A stretch of DNA of 63,950 bases, filler included, from Octopus bimaculoides (lineage: Eukaryota), in assembly GCF_001194135.2 (NCBI RefSeq). It is 7 parts of 7 records of this genome, joined end to end, with 100 filler letters (N's around TTAATTAATTAA, not from the genome) between each part and the next. Parts side by side here need not be neighbours in the genome. Positions count along the whole stretch, not along the records: positions 20,411 to 49,367 come from NC_068982.1; 6 more parts are not named here. One strand, written 5' to 3'. A model generated the notes under the pieces. It did no database searches, was not told the DNA's origin, and was given only the letters and a program-made list of their open reading frames with translations. The translations under genes were made by a program, and so were the position numbers. This document shows positions 26,187 through 37,232 of this stretch, piece after piece (position 1 is the first letter of the stretch; each line of letters opens with the position of its first letter).

Positions 26187-26470
26187 GTCTCGTGACCTAG
26201 TGGTTAGAGTATTGCATTCATGATCGTATAATCATGGTTTCGATTCCCAGATCAGATATTGCTTTGTGTTCTCGAGCAAAACCATTTCATTTTACATTAT
26301 TCCAGTCCACTTAGCTGTAAATGATTTCCAACAATAGCTGGGAAGTTAGTCCTGCAGCGGACCGGCTTCCCGGTCATTGAGGCGGGGGCTGTTATGATCT
26401 CATGCCATGGAAACTGGGATAAACTTCGACTTTATGACTCCTATGGATCACAACAGACATAAGTCCTAAG
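26187..26470 (+). mobile_element. Diverged tRNA-derived SINE of a third family
   Basis: A box tgacctagtggttag, B box gtttcgattccc, and a CORE-like gtgttctcgagcaaaac segment. Confidence 0.55.
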
Positions 26471-26764
26471 TTTAAATAAGTTATGTCAAGATGAAGGAAC
26501 TGTATATATGACCGTCACAAACTCTCCCAGAACAGTGAGACTAGGGTGGTTAACGTTGTATTTAAAAAGTTGCGGATCGATGACTGCTGGAAAGATAATT
26601 ACAGGGTTCCAGAACGCTGACGTTGTGAGGAAGATAAACTGGGCATAGTGGTTAGAGCTGTCTGTAGTGGAAGCATTATGTGGGGAGAGAAGAGACAAGT
26701 GAGTCGGGAGTAACAAACTCGAAATGACATTAAACCAGCCAACTCTGAACAGCAGAGGCCATTA

Positions 26765-26814
<50 letters not shown>

Positions 26815-27169
26815 AAGATAGACAAGATAGCACTATGTAGGCCAGAGAATGTGATCTGGAACATTTATGTGTATGCAAGCAGCAGCACCGTCCCAGCTGC
26901 GACAGCAGTTTTCTATTGGGGACCTCACCAGAATTTTATAGATGGTTAGTACTAGTTGGGCTATTAATCAGTCTCTGATGCAAAAAGAAAGATCAGTTAT
27001 TGAGATATAACCTTGGTTTTGTTAAAGACGTACGTTAGCCACGTTATAGTTTTATAGGAGAGCTGTTTTGTTTGTTTTGGGCTCACGCTGATTTTTCTTG
27101 GGGAGGATTCTAGTTTTCATCTTTGTGATCCCATGGATTAGTTGCGTTATCATGTTAATATTTATATTT

Positions 27170-27322
27170 ATATTTCTGAGTTCATTTCTCGCCGAAATCA
27201 AATTTGCCTCTCATCCTTTCGAAGTTGATAAAATAAGTACCAGTCAAATACTGGGGTCGGTGATATCGACTTATCTCCTTCCTCAAAATTGCTCACCCTG
27301 TGCCTAAATCAGAAACCATTAT
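27170..27322 (+). mobile_element. Family A SINE 3' fragment
   Basis: ctgagttc...catcctttcg..gataaaataagtaccagtcaaatactggggtcg...tgtgcctaaatcagaaacc. Confidence 0.65.
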
Positions 27323-29439
27323 TGATATTTGTATATTTGATGATGTCCCAGTATACATTTTAATAATAACGTTGTTGATATTTTATCGCTAAGTTTTTAA
27401 CTTAGGGGAGGTTTCTTTCCTTGGTCCATAAACAGATCTATCGATCTTTATTCTTTAACTTTCTCTACTTTTCCATTATTCTTATACTCAAAATTTCCAA
27501 ATTTAAATGTTTCTACCCTTAAGTCATTCTTACATCCAATTGTGTTCATATTTTCGTTAGTATATTTCTGATTCAACGTTTTCAATGCTTAGTAATCGAT
27601 ATTCTCAAAATATGCTGAAGTTTGATTTTGTATTTCATATATACGTTTGTTTTATGTATTTATTGTTTGTGTCAGGTCTATCACGTGTATGTATTTTTCC
27701 GTTTGTATATTTATATATTTTGTTTATTTGTTTGGTCTCTTGGATTCCACTGTACAATCCATCTGTAAGATTCTATATTTCTGTACCTGATACTGTTTTT
27801 TATGTATCTCCTTCAATTAGCCGATCCTGCTGAGATCGAAGGTTACTTCGTGATCACAATTTCTCTATGTATATAGTAATAGTCTTACTTTGAAGTAAAT
27901 TGTAGATATAGTATTTATAGCCCTGCTCAAAAATATGAATACACTGACAAATATAACGTTTTATACTATAATTGGTGTTGCAGATGAAAAATATGGAATA
28001 TGTTTTGTAATAAGATAAACAGATAAACTAAGAACGCTTTAGAAAAGTTCAAATATTACTATTATATTGCTCTACTTGGTGTGTATCTCTTTATCTCTAA
28101 CAAGGCATCAATATGGCCAGCGATTTTTTAACCAAATTGTTGCAGTGATTTGGGATTATCTTCCGTGGCAATACTTTCAGTATCTTCCCTTCTCAATCCG
28201 AAATTGATAAAGAATCATCTCGCAGCATCAGTTTGATCAACCAAATTTTTTACAGTAATCTGGGATTATCTTCCTTCTCCATGTCTTCAGTATCTTCCCT
28301 TTTAAATCTAAAATTCATGGAGCATTATATATATTAACTGCTTTTTTAATATTTTTTTTTCATAATACCCCACTTATTTTCTGAAGTGTTCCCTTCAGGA
28401 GATGATTCTGATTTTATACCCAACAAAGTCATTTTATCTGCTCTAATCCAGTCTTGTACGCATGTTCACATACAGGGATGAATGCTTTATAGTGTAATTA
28501 TGGATGGTCAAATGTTTAAGCAAGTTCATTAGAATATTCAAGTAGAATTTAGAGTTCTCCCTTGAGATAGTATCGATGAAATCAGCTCTTCTATTTCTAA
28601 AAACTCCCTGATATCATAAGGGTTGGGCATTGCTAAACTCTTGCAAAGGTTGCACAAGTATACATGGGATCAATTGTACCTTGGGTTTGTTGAACGACAA
28701 ACGAAAGGGGAATTATAGCAAAAACTATATCAGTACCTGTGATTTCCTCTTTCAAGAAATGGACTAAAATTAAATACCAAATTTTACACAAGATAATCTT
28801 TTATTTTATCATTGTATTGAGGCGTTTGACCAGAAGTGTAAGCATGAGGAATAACATATTTCTTCAGAATCTTTTTATGTCATTTCTGTATTATTTGCAA
28901 ACCTAGATAAATTATATTTAAATTGCCAACATTTCTCTCGGGGACCGCAGATTTAATCGCTTCACGTTATTTGGCATTTGCATGCAACAATTTTCGTACA
29001 TTTTATATAACATCACATTCAAAGAATTATGAGGTTTCTATTTGCATTGTTTGTCAAGTTATATTTTCAGCTGAATTTGTCTGGTATTTACTTAAACTCT
29101 GCTCCGTTAGCGTGTTTGCATGTGATGGCCATTCGACGATTAAAGCGAACGTTAGCAATAGCACATCTTACATTAGACATTAAACAGTATTAAAATTCAG
29201 AAAATAGGTTAATGCATTACATCATACGTTGGTATACACCACAGTATTTTCCTCAGTTGATTCTTATTTTCTTCATCGCTGCTAATGGATACCTTTTACA
29301 TCAGTGTATTAACAAAATCATGCTCACCTCCAAATTATCATCATCATCATCATCATTATCATCATCATCATTATCATCATCATCATTATCATCATTATCA
29401 TCATCATCATCATCATCGCCATCGGCGTCGTTATTATTA

Positions 29440-29880
29440 TTATTAATCGGTAGCACGCCAGGCAAAATGCATAGCAACAATTCGTCCATCCTTGCGTTCT
29501 GAGTTCAAATTCCGCCGAAGTCAACTTTGCCTTTCATTCTTTGGGTGTCGATAAAATGAGTACCAGTTTCGCACTGGGGTCGATGTAATCGACTATCCTC
29601 CTCCCCCAAATTTCAGGCCTTGTGCCTATAATTGAAAGGATTATTATTGCTATTATTATTATTGTTATTATTATTATTAAAGCAGCAGAATCAAACCATT
29701 AACCGGGAAAATGCTCAGTAGTATTTCTCTCGACTTTTATGTTCTGAGTTCAAATTCCACCAGGGTCGACTTTGCCTTTCATCCTTTCGGGGTCGATAAA
29801 ATAAGTACCAGTTGAATACTGGAGTCGATGTAATCGACTATTCTCCCAAATTTTGGGCCTTGTGCCTATAGTAGAAAGGA
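29440..29880 (+). mobile_element. Two tandem family A SINEs with trinucleotide tails
   Basis: Repeated ctgagttcaaattcc..gtc(a/g)actttgcctttca..ggggtcgataaaa..gtaccagtt..gtcgatgtaatcgact..ccttgtgcctata. Confidence 0.8.
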
Positions 29881-30239
29881 TCGTCGCCGTCGTCGTCATC
29901 GTCGTCATCGTCATTATCATCATCATCATCATTAATCATCATTACTTTGAAGCAGTAGGTTTTAAAAAACGATTAGTTATGTTCTTTTATGTTCTGAGTT
30001 AAAATTCTGTTAGAAGAGATGGGGTCGTCGTCGTCGCTGTGGTTGCGGTGGTCATGGCGGTGATGGTGATAGTATCTTCTGCTTATCATCATTGGTCATC
30101 GCTGTTGTTATTTTATTTTTCCTTGGTGTTGTGTTTCTGTGTCGTTTTTGTTTTCGTTTAATTTTCCTTTTTCCAACGCATATTTCTTCATTGCTGTTCT
30201 CATAAACCGAAGAAAATTAATTATTTGTATTTCCTTCAC

Positions 30240-30311
30240 TCACTTTCTCTCTCTGTCTCTCTTTTTTCTCTTTCCCTCTTTCTCCCCTTCCTCTCTATCT
30301 CTATCTATCTA

Positions 30312-30361
<50 letters not shown>

Positions 30362-30442
30362 TCACTCTTTCTTTCTCTATCTCTCTTTCCCTTCATCCTT
30401 TCTCTTTCTTTGTCCAGCTCACTTGATTTTCTTCTTTTACAG
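30240..30442 (+). promoter_or_regulatory. Probable 3' splice site (CT-rich tract plus TTTTACAG) upstream of the 5'UTR part of the large exon, implying an unlocated non-coding first exon
   Basis: Long pyrimidine tract ending ttttcttcttttacAG (30441-30442); no ATG between 30443 and 30672. Confidence 0.5.
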
Positions 30443-30473
30443 CAATAACTACAAAGAACAACAAAATTAGATA

Positions 30474-30582
30474 GAAGAAGAAGAAGAAGAAGAAGAAGAA
30501 GAAGAAGAAGAAGAAGAAGAAGAAGAAGAAGAAGAAGAAGAAGAAGAAGAAGAAGAAGAAGAAGAAGAAGAAGAAGAAGAAG

Positions 30583-30654
<72 letters not shown>

Positions 30655-30662
30655 AACAACAA
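30474..30662 (+). repeat. Compound microsatellite (GAA)37(CAA)26 ending 10 nt before the amine oxidase start codon
   Basis: Read directly from the sequence; one TAA interruption at 30654. Confidence 0.95.
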
Positions 30663-30672
30663 CATATTAATA

Positions 30673-32763
30673 ATGGCCGACATTAATACTGTGAAAGGGC
30701 TTTTTGTTCTGTCAGTTCTTGTAAACATTTCTTTATTAACAGGTATTCTGACTCTGCTAGCTATCGGTGACTACAGTGGTGAAGAGGACAGCCTAGAAGC
30801 GCTACACTGCAATAAGAAACAGTCACCGGTTGACGATGTAGGGCCGAATATGTTTGAACTGCGCTACAGAAAGCACAGAATATTCGATTCTTTGAACGTC
30901 GAAGAGATCGAAGCTGTTCAAAAATACCTTTTTAGTCAGAAATCTTTAAATTTAGTCCATCCCTCGAAAGCGAAAATTACAGATAATTATATATTTTTGA
31001 TGGAATCACAAACACCTAAAAAATTAAAAGTTCTCCGGTTTCTTGATCACGTCGGCCCCGAGCCACCAAGACAAGCCAAAGTTATCATAATGAAAGGCCA
31101 AGGAAGATTACCAATGGTAGAAGAATATATCGTTGGGCCATTACCGAAACCAAAATATCATTACTTAAATAATAAAACTGCAAAGGAAAACCCTTTGCCG
31201 TTTAGAATTAGGCCGTACAATAACCCCGAAATTGTGGCGCTTATGTACGAAGTCCTTCCAGAAACCATGTCAAGTCTCAACAAGGTATTACAGGATATAT
31301 ATGGTGCACAACTGTCACCTCACGAATGTGAAGAACTCTGCTTAACTTTCACAGCCGCTCCTGTTTCTACATCGTTTGTCCGCGAACGAAAACTTTGGAT
31401 TCCGTTGTTTTATAACTTGGAATTCCCCACCCTTCATCCAATTGACTTTCAACTGCTAATTAATATTAATCATAAAAATATCAAAGATTGGAAAATTGAG
31501 CAAATCTGGCACTCGGGCATCCTTTATAATTCTACAGAACACTTTCTAAAAACTTACAAACAGAATAGTTTTCCTCGAATGAGAGTGAACACAAAAAAAC
31601 TACGTGAAAGTACTCGAGGTTATCTTCATTCCAGGGGTAAACTGTTCCCCAATAAGCCATCTACTGGACCACAACAATTCGAAACCTCAAGTAAAAGATA
31701 TAAAATTGTGGGTAATAAAGTGATATATATGAAATGGTCGTTTGACTATCGTGTTTCGGCAATTCAGGGTCTTCAGCTCTTTGATATCAGATTTGGTAAC
31801 GATAGAATTGTGTATGAAATGAGTCTTCAAGAAATGGCGGTGCTTTACAGTGGCTTTAACCCTTTCATGAAATATATGCACGTTGCCGATACAGTTGATC
31901 TACCAGGAAAAGGCTTCGGACTCGTTCCTGGAATCGACTGTCCTCATCATGCGACTTTCTTAAATGCAACGCATGCTACCGAAGAATTTGACCAAGCAAA
32001 AGTTTACCAAAATGCAATTTGTATTTTTGAATTCAACAAAGATGCACCGTTCCGACGACACCATTCCAACAACATCCGAGGAGGAGTATTCTATTCCGGA
32101 TTGGTTAACAACGTTCTTATTGTTAGAACTATTTCAGTTGTCTACAATTACGATTATATATTCGACTACATATTCTACCAAAACGGCGCCTTGGAAGTTA
32201 AAATCTACTCCACGGGGTTCGTCTATACAACAACTTTTTCCGAAGCTGAGAGACCTTATGCTGTACCTGTCGATGAAAACATTGTCGCAAGCATACATGC
32301 ACATCTTTTCCATTTCAAGGTGGACTTAGACATTTTAGGAGAGAAAAACAGATACGAAACTTGGGATGTAAAAGTTGAAAATAAAAGCAATATTTGGAGA
32401 AACAACTACGAAGAATTCCACCAGTACTGGCTTGACCGGAAATTGAAACGTACAGAGAAGGAAGCCATCCACAAATACAATTTCAATACGCCGAAATATC
32501 ACACTATTTTAAATAATGATAAGACTAATTATCACGGTGTACCCAGAGGCTATCGGATACACAATAGAGGAATGGTAAAACAACTATTGCCAGAGAATTT
32601 TCACATGGAAAGTTCGATATCATGGTCACGTTATCAGATGGCAGTGACTCAGTTTAAAGACAGAGAAGAGAAAAGTAGTTCAATCACAGCATTGTTTGGA
32701 ACCAAGAACCCGGCAGTCAAATTTTCCGATTTCTTGGAGGACGATGACGACATTGTTGACATG
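30673..32763 (+). CDS. AOC1-like: Copper-containing (TPQ) amine oxidase, AOC1/diamine oxidase-like; large coding exon (aa 1-697)
   Basis: ATG in good context (ATAATGG) with an in-frame upstream TAG at 30472. Hydrophobic segment aa ~10-31. Family motifs: IFDSLNVEEIEAVQKYL, CEELC (like AOC1 CHDRC), YSGFNP, catalytic-base Asp406, PGIDCP, NAICIFE, RRH, TISVVYNYDY (TPQ Tyr493 at 32149), HAH (Cu ligands H542/H544). Ends at the GT donor ATG|GTAACA. Confidence 0.95.
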
Positions 32764-33955
32764 GTAACATATTAAAATTAATTAATACTTTCACCTCCCT
32801 AATTAGCATTTATCAAACATTATCATTAATCAAGCAATAAAATCACGAGGTTAAGATAGTGTAACAATATATGAGAGTACAGCAAATGTGTGTGCGGGTA
32901 TGGCTCACTTTCACCCGTTTTTCTCGCACACACTCCCTTTTTTCTTCTCTCTCTCTCTTTCTCTCTCCCAGTTATGTGAGTATGTGTTTACACTTGTTCT
33001 GTGTGTTTGTATGCGCATGTATATGCGTATGTATGCTTGTGTGCATGTGTGTATGTGTGTGCATGTGCAGCAGTATGTGTATGTGTGTATGTGTGTATGT
33101 GTGTGCATGTGCAGCAGTTTGTGTGTGTGTGTATGAGTGTGCATGTGCAGCAGTGTGTGTGTGTGTGTGTATGTGNNNNNNNNNNNNNNNNNNNNNNNNN
33201 NNNNNNNNNNNNNNNNNNNNNNNNNNNNNNNNNNNNNNNNNNNNNNNNNNNNNNNNNNNNNNNNNNNNNNNNNNNNNNNNNNNNNNNNNNNNNNNNNNNN
33301 NNNNNNNNNNNNNNNNNNNNNNNNNNNNNNNNNNNNNNNNNNNNNNNNNNCATCACTATTTGCCTCCTCCTCCACCATCACCACTCCTCCCTGTTCACTT
33401 TGGCGGTCCCACTGTTGAGGAGTAAGGAGCTGAACATGGAGATAAAACACATTCAACAAGACCAGAAACTAGCATTATATCTGACTTCTCCAAGATGTTC
33501 CGTCTGCAACAGAGCCTACATGTCAAAAATGGCAGTATCCAGTCGTTAAAAGATTCACAAATGAACAAGATGAACAATATAGAATTCAGTAAACAAAACT
33601 AAGTACGCTGATATGTTTGTGTGTGTATGTGTGTGTATGTGCATTTAGATATGAGTATATATGTATTTAAGTGTGTGTGTGTGTGTATTTAGGTGTGTGT
33701 TTGCGTGTGTAGGGGTGTGTGTGTTTAACTGTGTTTATATTAAGTTGCTCCAAGAGTGGAGAGGAGTAGGTCGTGCGCCTGAGTAATAGAAGTACGATAA
33801 TGGATGTATGTATATATATACATGCATGTATATACATGCATGTATATATATACATGTATGTATATATATACATGCATATATGTATTAATAGATGAATGAA
33901 CGAATAAAAGAATGAATAGATGGATGAATGTAGGTACGAATGCATGTATTTAAGC

Positions 33956-33988
<33 letters not shown>

Positions 33989-35153
33989 GTGAAGGGGAGA
34001 AAATCATTTGTTTAACCTTCTATATACTATATTAATTCAAATTAATCAATATTATTGACCTTTTTCTCAGAGAAATCAAATACTTTGTCCCAACAGCCAT
34101 CTTCTACATAAACAAAAGCAAACACATCATGAAGCTCTATGCTTCAGCAAATAACTCAACTTCAGTTCTTCCACCATAGATTATACTAATTTCAAAATAA
34201 CAAAACCCTCCAACTGCTTATATTGACGTTTTTATATAACATTAATATAAACCAACCAAGCAGCGTACAGCATTGTGATAAAACTTACTTGCATGTGATA
34301 CAAATTAAATTCAACTTAATAGAAACCTTATAACTGAAATAAGCGCATGTCGCAATAGCTTGCTAAAACTACCTTGTGCGTAGATTAAAATCAGAAGCTG
34401 GTTTGGTGATGGTTTCTTATTTTTCTGTGCAATATTTTATGTTGTTATTTGAAACTCCGCAATATTTCTGTTTTGCATCTTGAGGAATGTTAAATGTAAC
34501 ATTAACAATTTACTGCATAAAGATACATTGCACGCCTTTAACTTCTCCCTATATGTGTGAAATGGCAAAATCGTTACGATGTCAGCTACAGCACCATGCG
34601 TTATTTGATCCAACTCTTTAGACCCGGAGTTCAAATCCCACTGAAGTCATCTTTGCATTTTATCCTTCTGGGATCGATAAAAAAAATATACCAATCTAGG
34701 GTGTTGGATTGGTGGAACTGTAAGAACGTCACACTAGACTACCTTGTAGCATTTCTTCCCGTTCTTAGTGTTCTGAGTTCAAACCCCTGCAGGAAATATT
34801 CAAACGCACTTTCTTTTATAATAAAATCAGTAATATTTAAAATTTTTCGGGATCTTAGCTAACATTATTAATACATATAATTTGATACATGATTCATAGG
34901 GGTTTCTGTGCAGCGTATGTTCTTCCTGTTTCACCTCCTTCTAAGCATTATTATTGTTGAGAGGTGGGGCATTCGATGTAAATAGAATCTTAATTGAGGA
35001 GTCGAATAAATTTACGAAGTAGGAATATTAGGTTATAGAGATTAACGAATATTGGCATGGATATTTTGCTATATAAAATTAGTGGACACAAATGACCTTT
35101 ATTCTTCAAAATAGAGAACACCAGTTCTGAGTAGAAATTAAACGGAATATACA

Positions 35154-35192
<39 letters not shown>

Positions 35193-36127
35193 TGAGGAAA
35201 AATATAAGTTGCTTCTATACTTTAAGATGTCCATCTATGATAATCTACTGCAAGCATATAGTTTATACTCCATAAGATGTATATGTATCTTAACCCTTTA
35301 GAATGTCTATATATAATTTATACACGTTAAATGTATCCATATGTTGACAGAGATCTCAAGTTTAAAATCGGTATTTGATTAAATGATATATACAATTGAA
35401 AAATCCTTTGAGCAATGTAGTTGAGAAGTTAGGCAAAATATGTAAAGTGATGTCAGTAAAAGAAAACAACGAAAACAAATATTATATTTTCTAACATAGG
35501 TCGCTTAATAATCGTTTCAAATATTAGAAATAGCATAATCAAAGATTCGGTCAGTAATTATAATGCGAGAGAGCCCCATACAATCTATACATGGGTTTCA
35601 GAATTAACCAATCAGAAATGTGTAAATAAACTACCCTCAGCTCAATGTAAATCGATGTTTTAATGTTTATTGTACGTTTGTGTGCTTTGTGCTCTAATGA
35701 TGAGGTAAGATACTGTTTCAGGATTTATCCTTTCGCTTCTAGTATATTGCTTGTAATTTTGGGGTTTGTGAACTGTTGGACAAATATCATCAAGGCTTGA
35801 GTGGATATAAACAGGCAACATTCATGAAATATGCACCTGTCAGTGAAATGAAGCTGCGCATATCTTCATTTTTTTTATATATTGATGAATGCTTCATATA
35901 ATTCTATTTGAAGCCTCACTGTTGTGTGTTCAAATCTAGCCAGCGAGAAATTATTCATCATTGATCTTTTAGTCGGTGGAACAATTAACATTATCAAAGT
36001 GACACTCTCGCCAATTAAAATGTTGACCTTGACATTTAGGGGAAAATTTTTCATAATCTAAGTATGTCATCTCTTTTCATTCTTCACTTTCTCTCTTCTC
36101 CCTCCCTCTCTCTTTTTGTCTCTCTCC

Positions 36128-36158
<31 letters not shown>

Positions 36159-36654
36159 ACTATATATATATATATATANNNNNNNNNNNNNNNNNNNNNN
36201 NNNNNNNNNNNNNNNNNNNNNNNNNNNNNNNNNNNNNNNNNNNNNNNNNNNNNNNNNNNNNNNNNNNNNNNNNNNNNNNNNNNNNNNNNNNNNNNNNNNN
36301 NNNNNNNNNNNNNNNNNNNNNNNNNNNNNNNNNNNNNNNNNNNNNNNNNNNNNNNNNNNNNNNNNNNNNNNNNNNNNNNNNNNNNNNNNNNNNNNNNNNN
36401 NNNNNNNNNNNNNNNNNNNNNNNNNNNNNNNNNNNNNNNNNNNNNNNNNNNNNNNNNNNNNNNNNNNNNNNNNNNNNNNNNNNNNNNNNNNNNNNNNNNN
36501 NNNNNNNNNNNNNNNNNNNNNNNNNNNNNNNNNNNNNNNNNNNNNNNNNNNNNNNNNNNNNNNNNNNNNNNNNNNNNNNNNNNNNNNNNNNNNNNNNNNN
36601 NNNNNNNNNNNNNNNNNNNNNNNNNNNNNNNNNNNNNNNNNNNNNNNNNNNNNN

Positions 36655-36693
<39 letters not shown>

Positions 36694-36830
36694 TCTGTTG
36701 TCATCTCTCTTTCTCTCTGTGTGCAAACCTTGTATATACTACAATGTATATACACTGTATATACACACTGTTTATTGTTTTATTTGCTTCAAAATTACTA
36801 AATTTCTCTTATCGTTTCTTTGTTTTACAG
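32764..36830 (+). other. GT-AG intron of the amine oxidase gene (phase 0, about 4.07 kb including gaps)
   Basis: GTAACA at 32764 and TTTTACAG ending at 36830; joining the exons restores the continuous family alignment. Confidence 0.9.
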
Positions 36831-37115
36831 GATCTTGTGACATGGTTAACTCTAGGAACTTACCACATCCCACGATCAGAAGATCTCCCCAATGTCCCCA
36901 CACCAGAAACAGAACTCTCGTTTTTGTTGACACCATTCAATTATTTCCCAGAAGACCCGTCCATTAGTTCTCGTAATGCAGTTCGGTTGACCCCTTCTAA
37001 AAAGAAGAGCGAGAAACTTAACGTGGAAACCTTTGGTACGCCGGATCCTCCCAAATGCGTTGCTCCAACTTTTTCTTTCAACTCAATAAAAAGTTCCACG
37101 ATATTCAACAGGTGA
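36831..37115 (+). CDS. AOC1-like: Copper amine oxidase last coding exon (aa 698-791 plus stop)
   Basis: Polypyrimidine tract and acceptor (tttctttgttttacag|GAT). Phase-0 join gives ...DDIVDM|DLVTWLTLGTYHIPRSEDLPNVPTP...FLLTPFNYFPEDPS, matching the AOC DLVAW...HIPH.ED.PN...FLLRPFN.F.EDPS motif. Contains the third Cu ligand H709 and a C-terminal Cys (PPKCVAP). Stop TGA at 37113-37115. Confidence 0.93.
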   Translation, partial: DLVTWLTLGTYHIPRSEDLPNVPTPETELSFLLTPFNYFPEDPSISSRNAVRLTPSKKKSEKLNVETFGTPDPPKCVAPTFSFNSIKSSTIFNR

Positions 37116-37128
37116 TGACATTCCACAG

Positions 37129-37232
37129 AATAAATAAATGACTACATGAACAGATAAACAAATGGATAAATATATAAATGAATAAATATATAAATGAATA
37201 ATTAAATAAATGAATAAATAAAATAAATAAAC
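37129..37232 (+). terminator. Candidate polyadenylation-signal cluster for the amine oxidase 3'UTR
   Basis: Overlapping AATAAA at 37129-37138, then a degenerate (TAAA)n tract with more AATAAA, followed about 90 nt later by a GT-rich tract. Confidence 0.45.

Noticed and set aside
30673-32775. The 700-aa ORF as a complete intronless gene (retrocopy or bacterial transfer)
   Set aside because: It lacks the third Cu-ligand His and the C-terminus, which are found in a properly spliced exon at 36831; the motifs are animal AOC-type.
33440-33549. CSVCNRAYMSK as a host C2H2 zinc-finger exon nested in the intron
   Set aside because: Only a CxxC with no His pair and no convincing splice sites; more likely a decayed retroelement end or chance.
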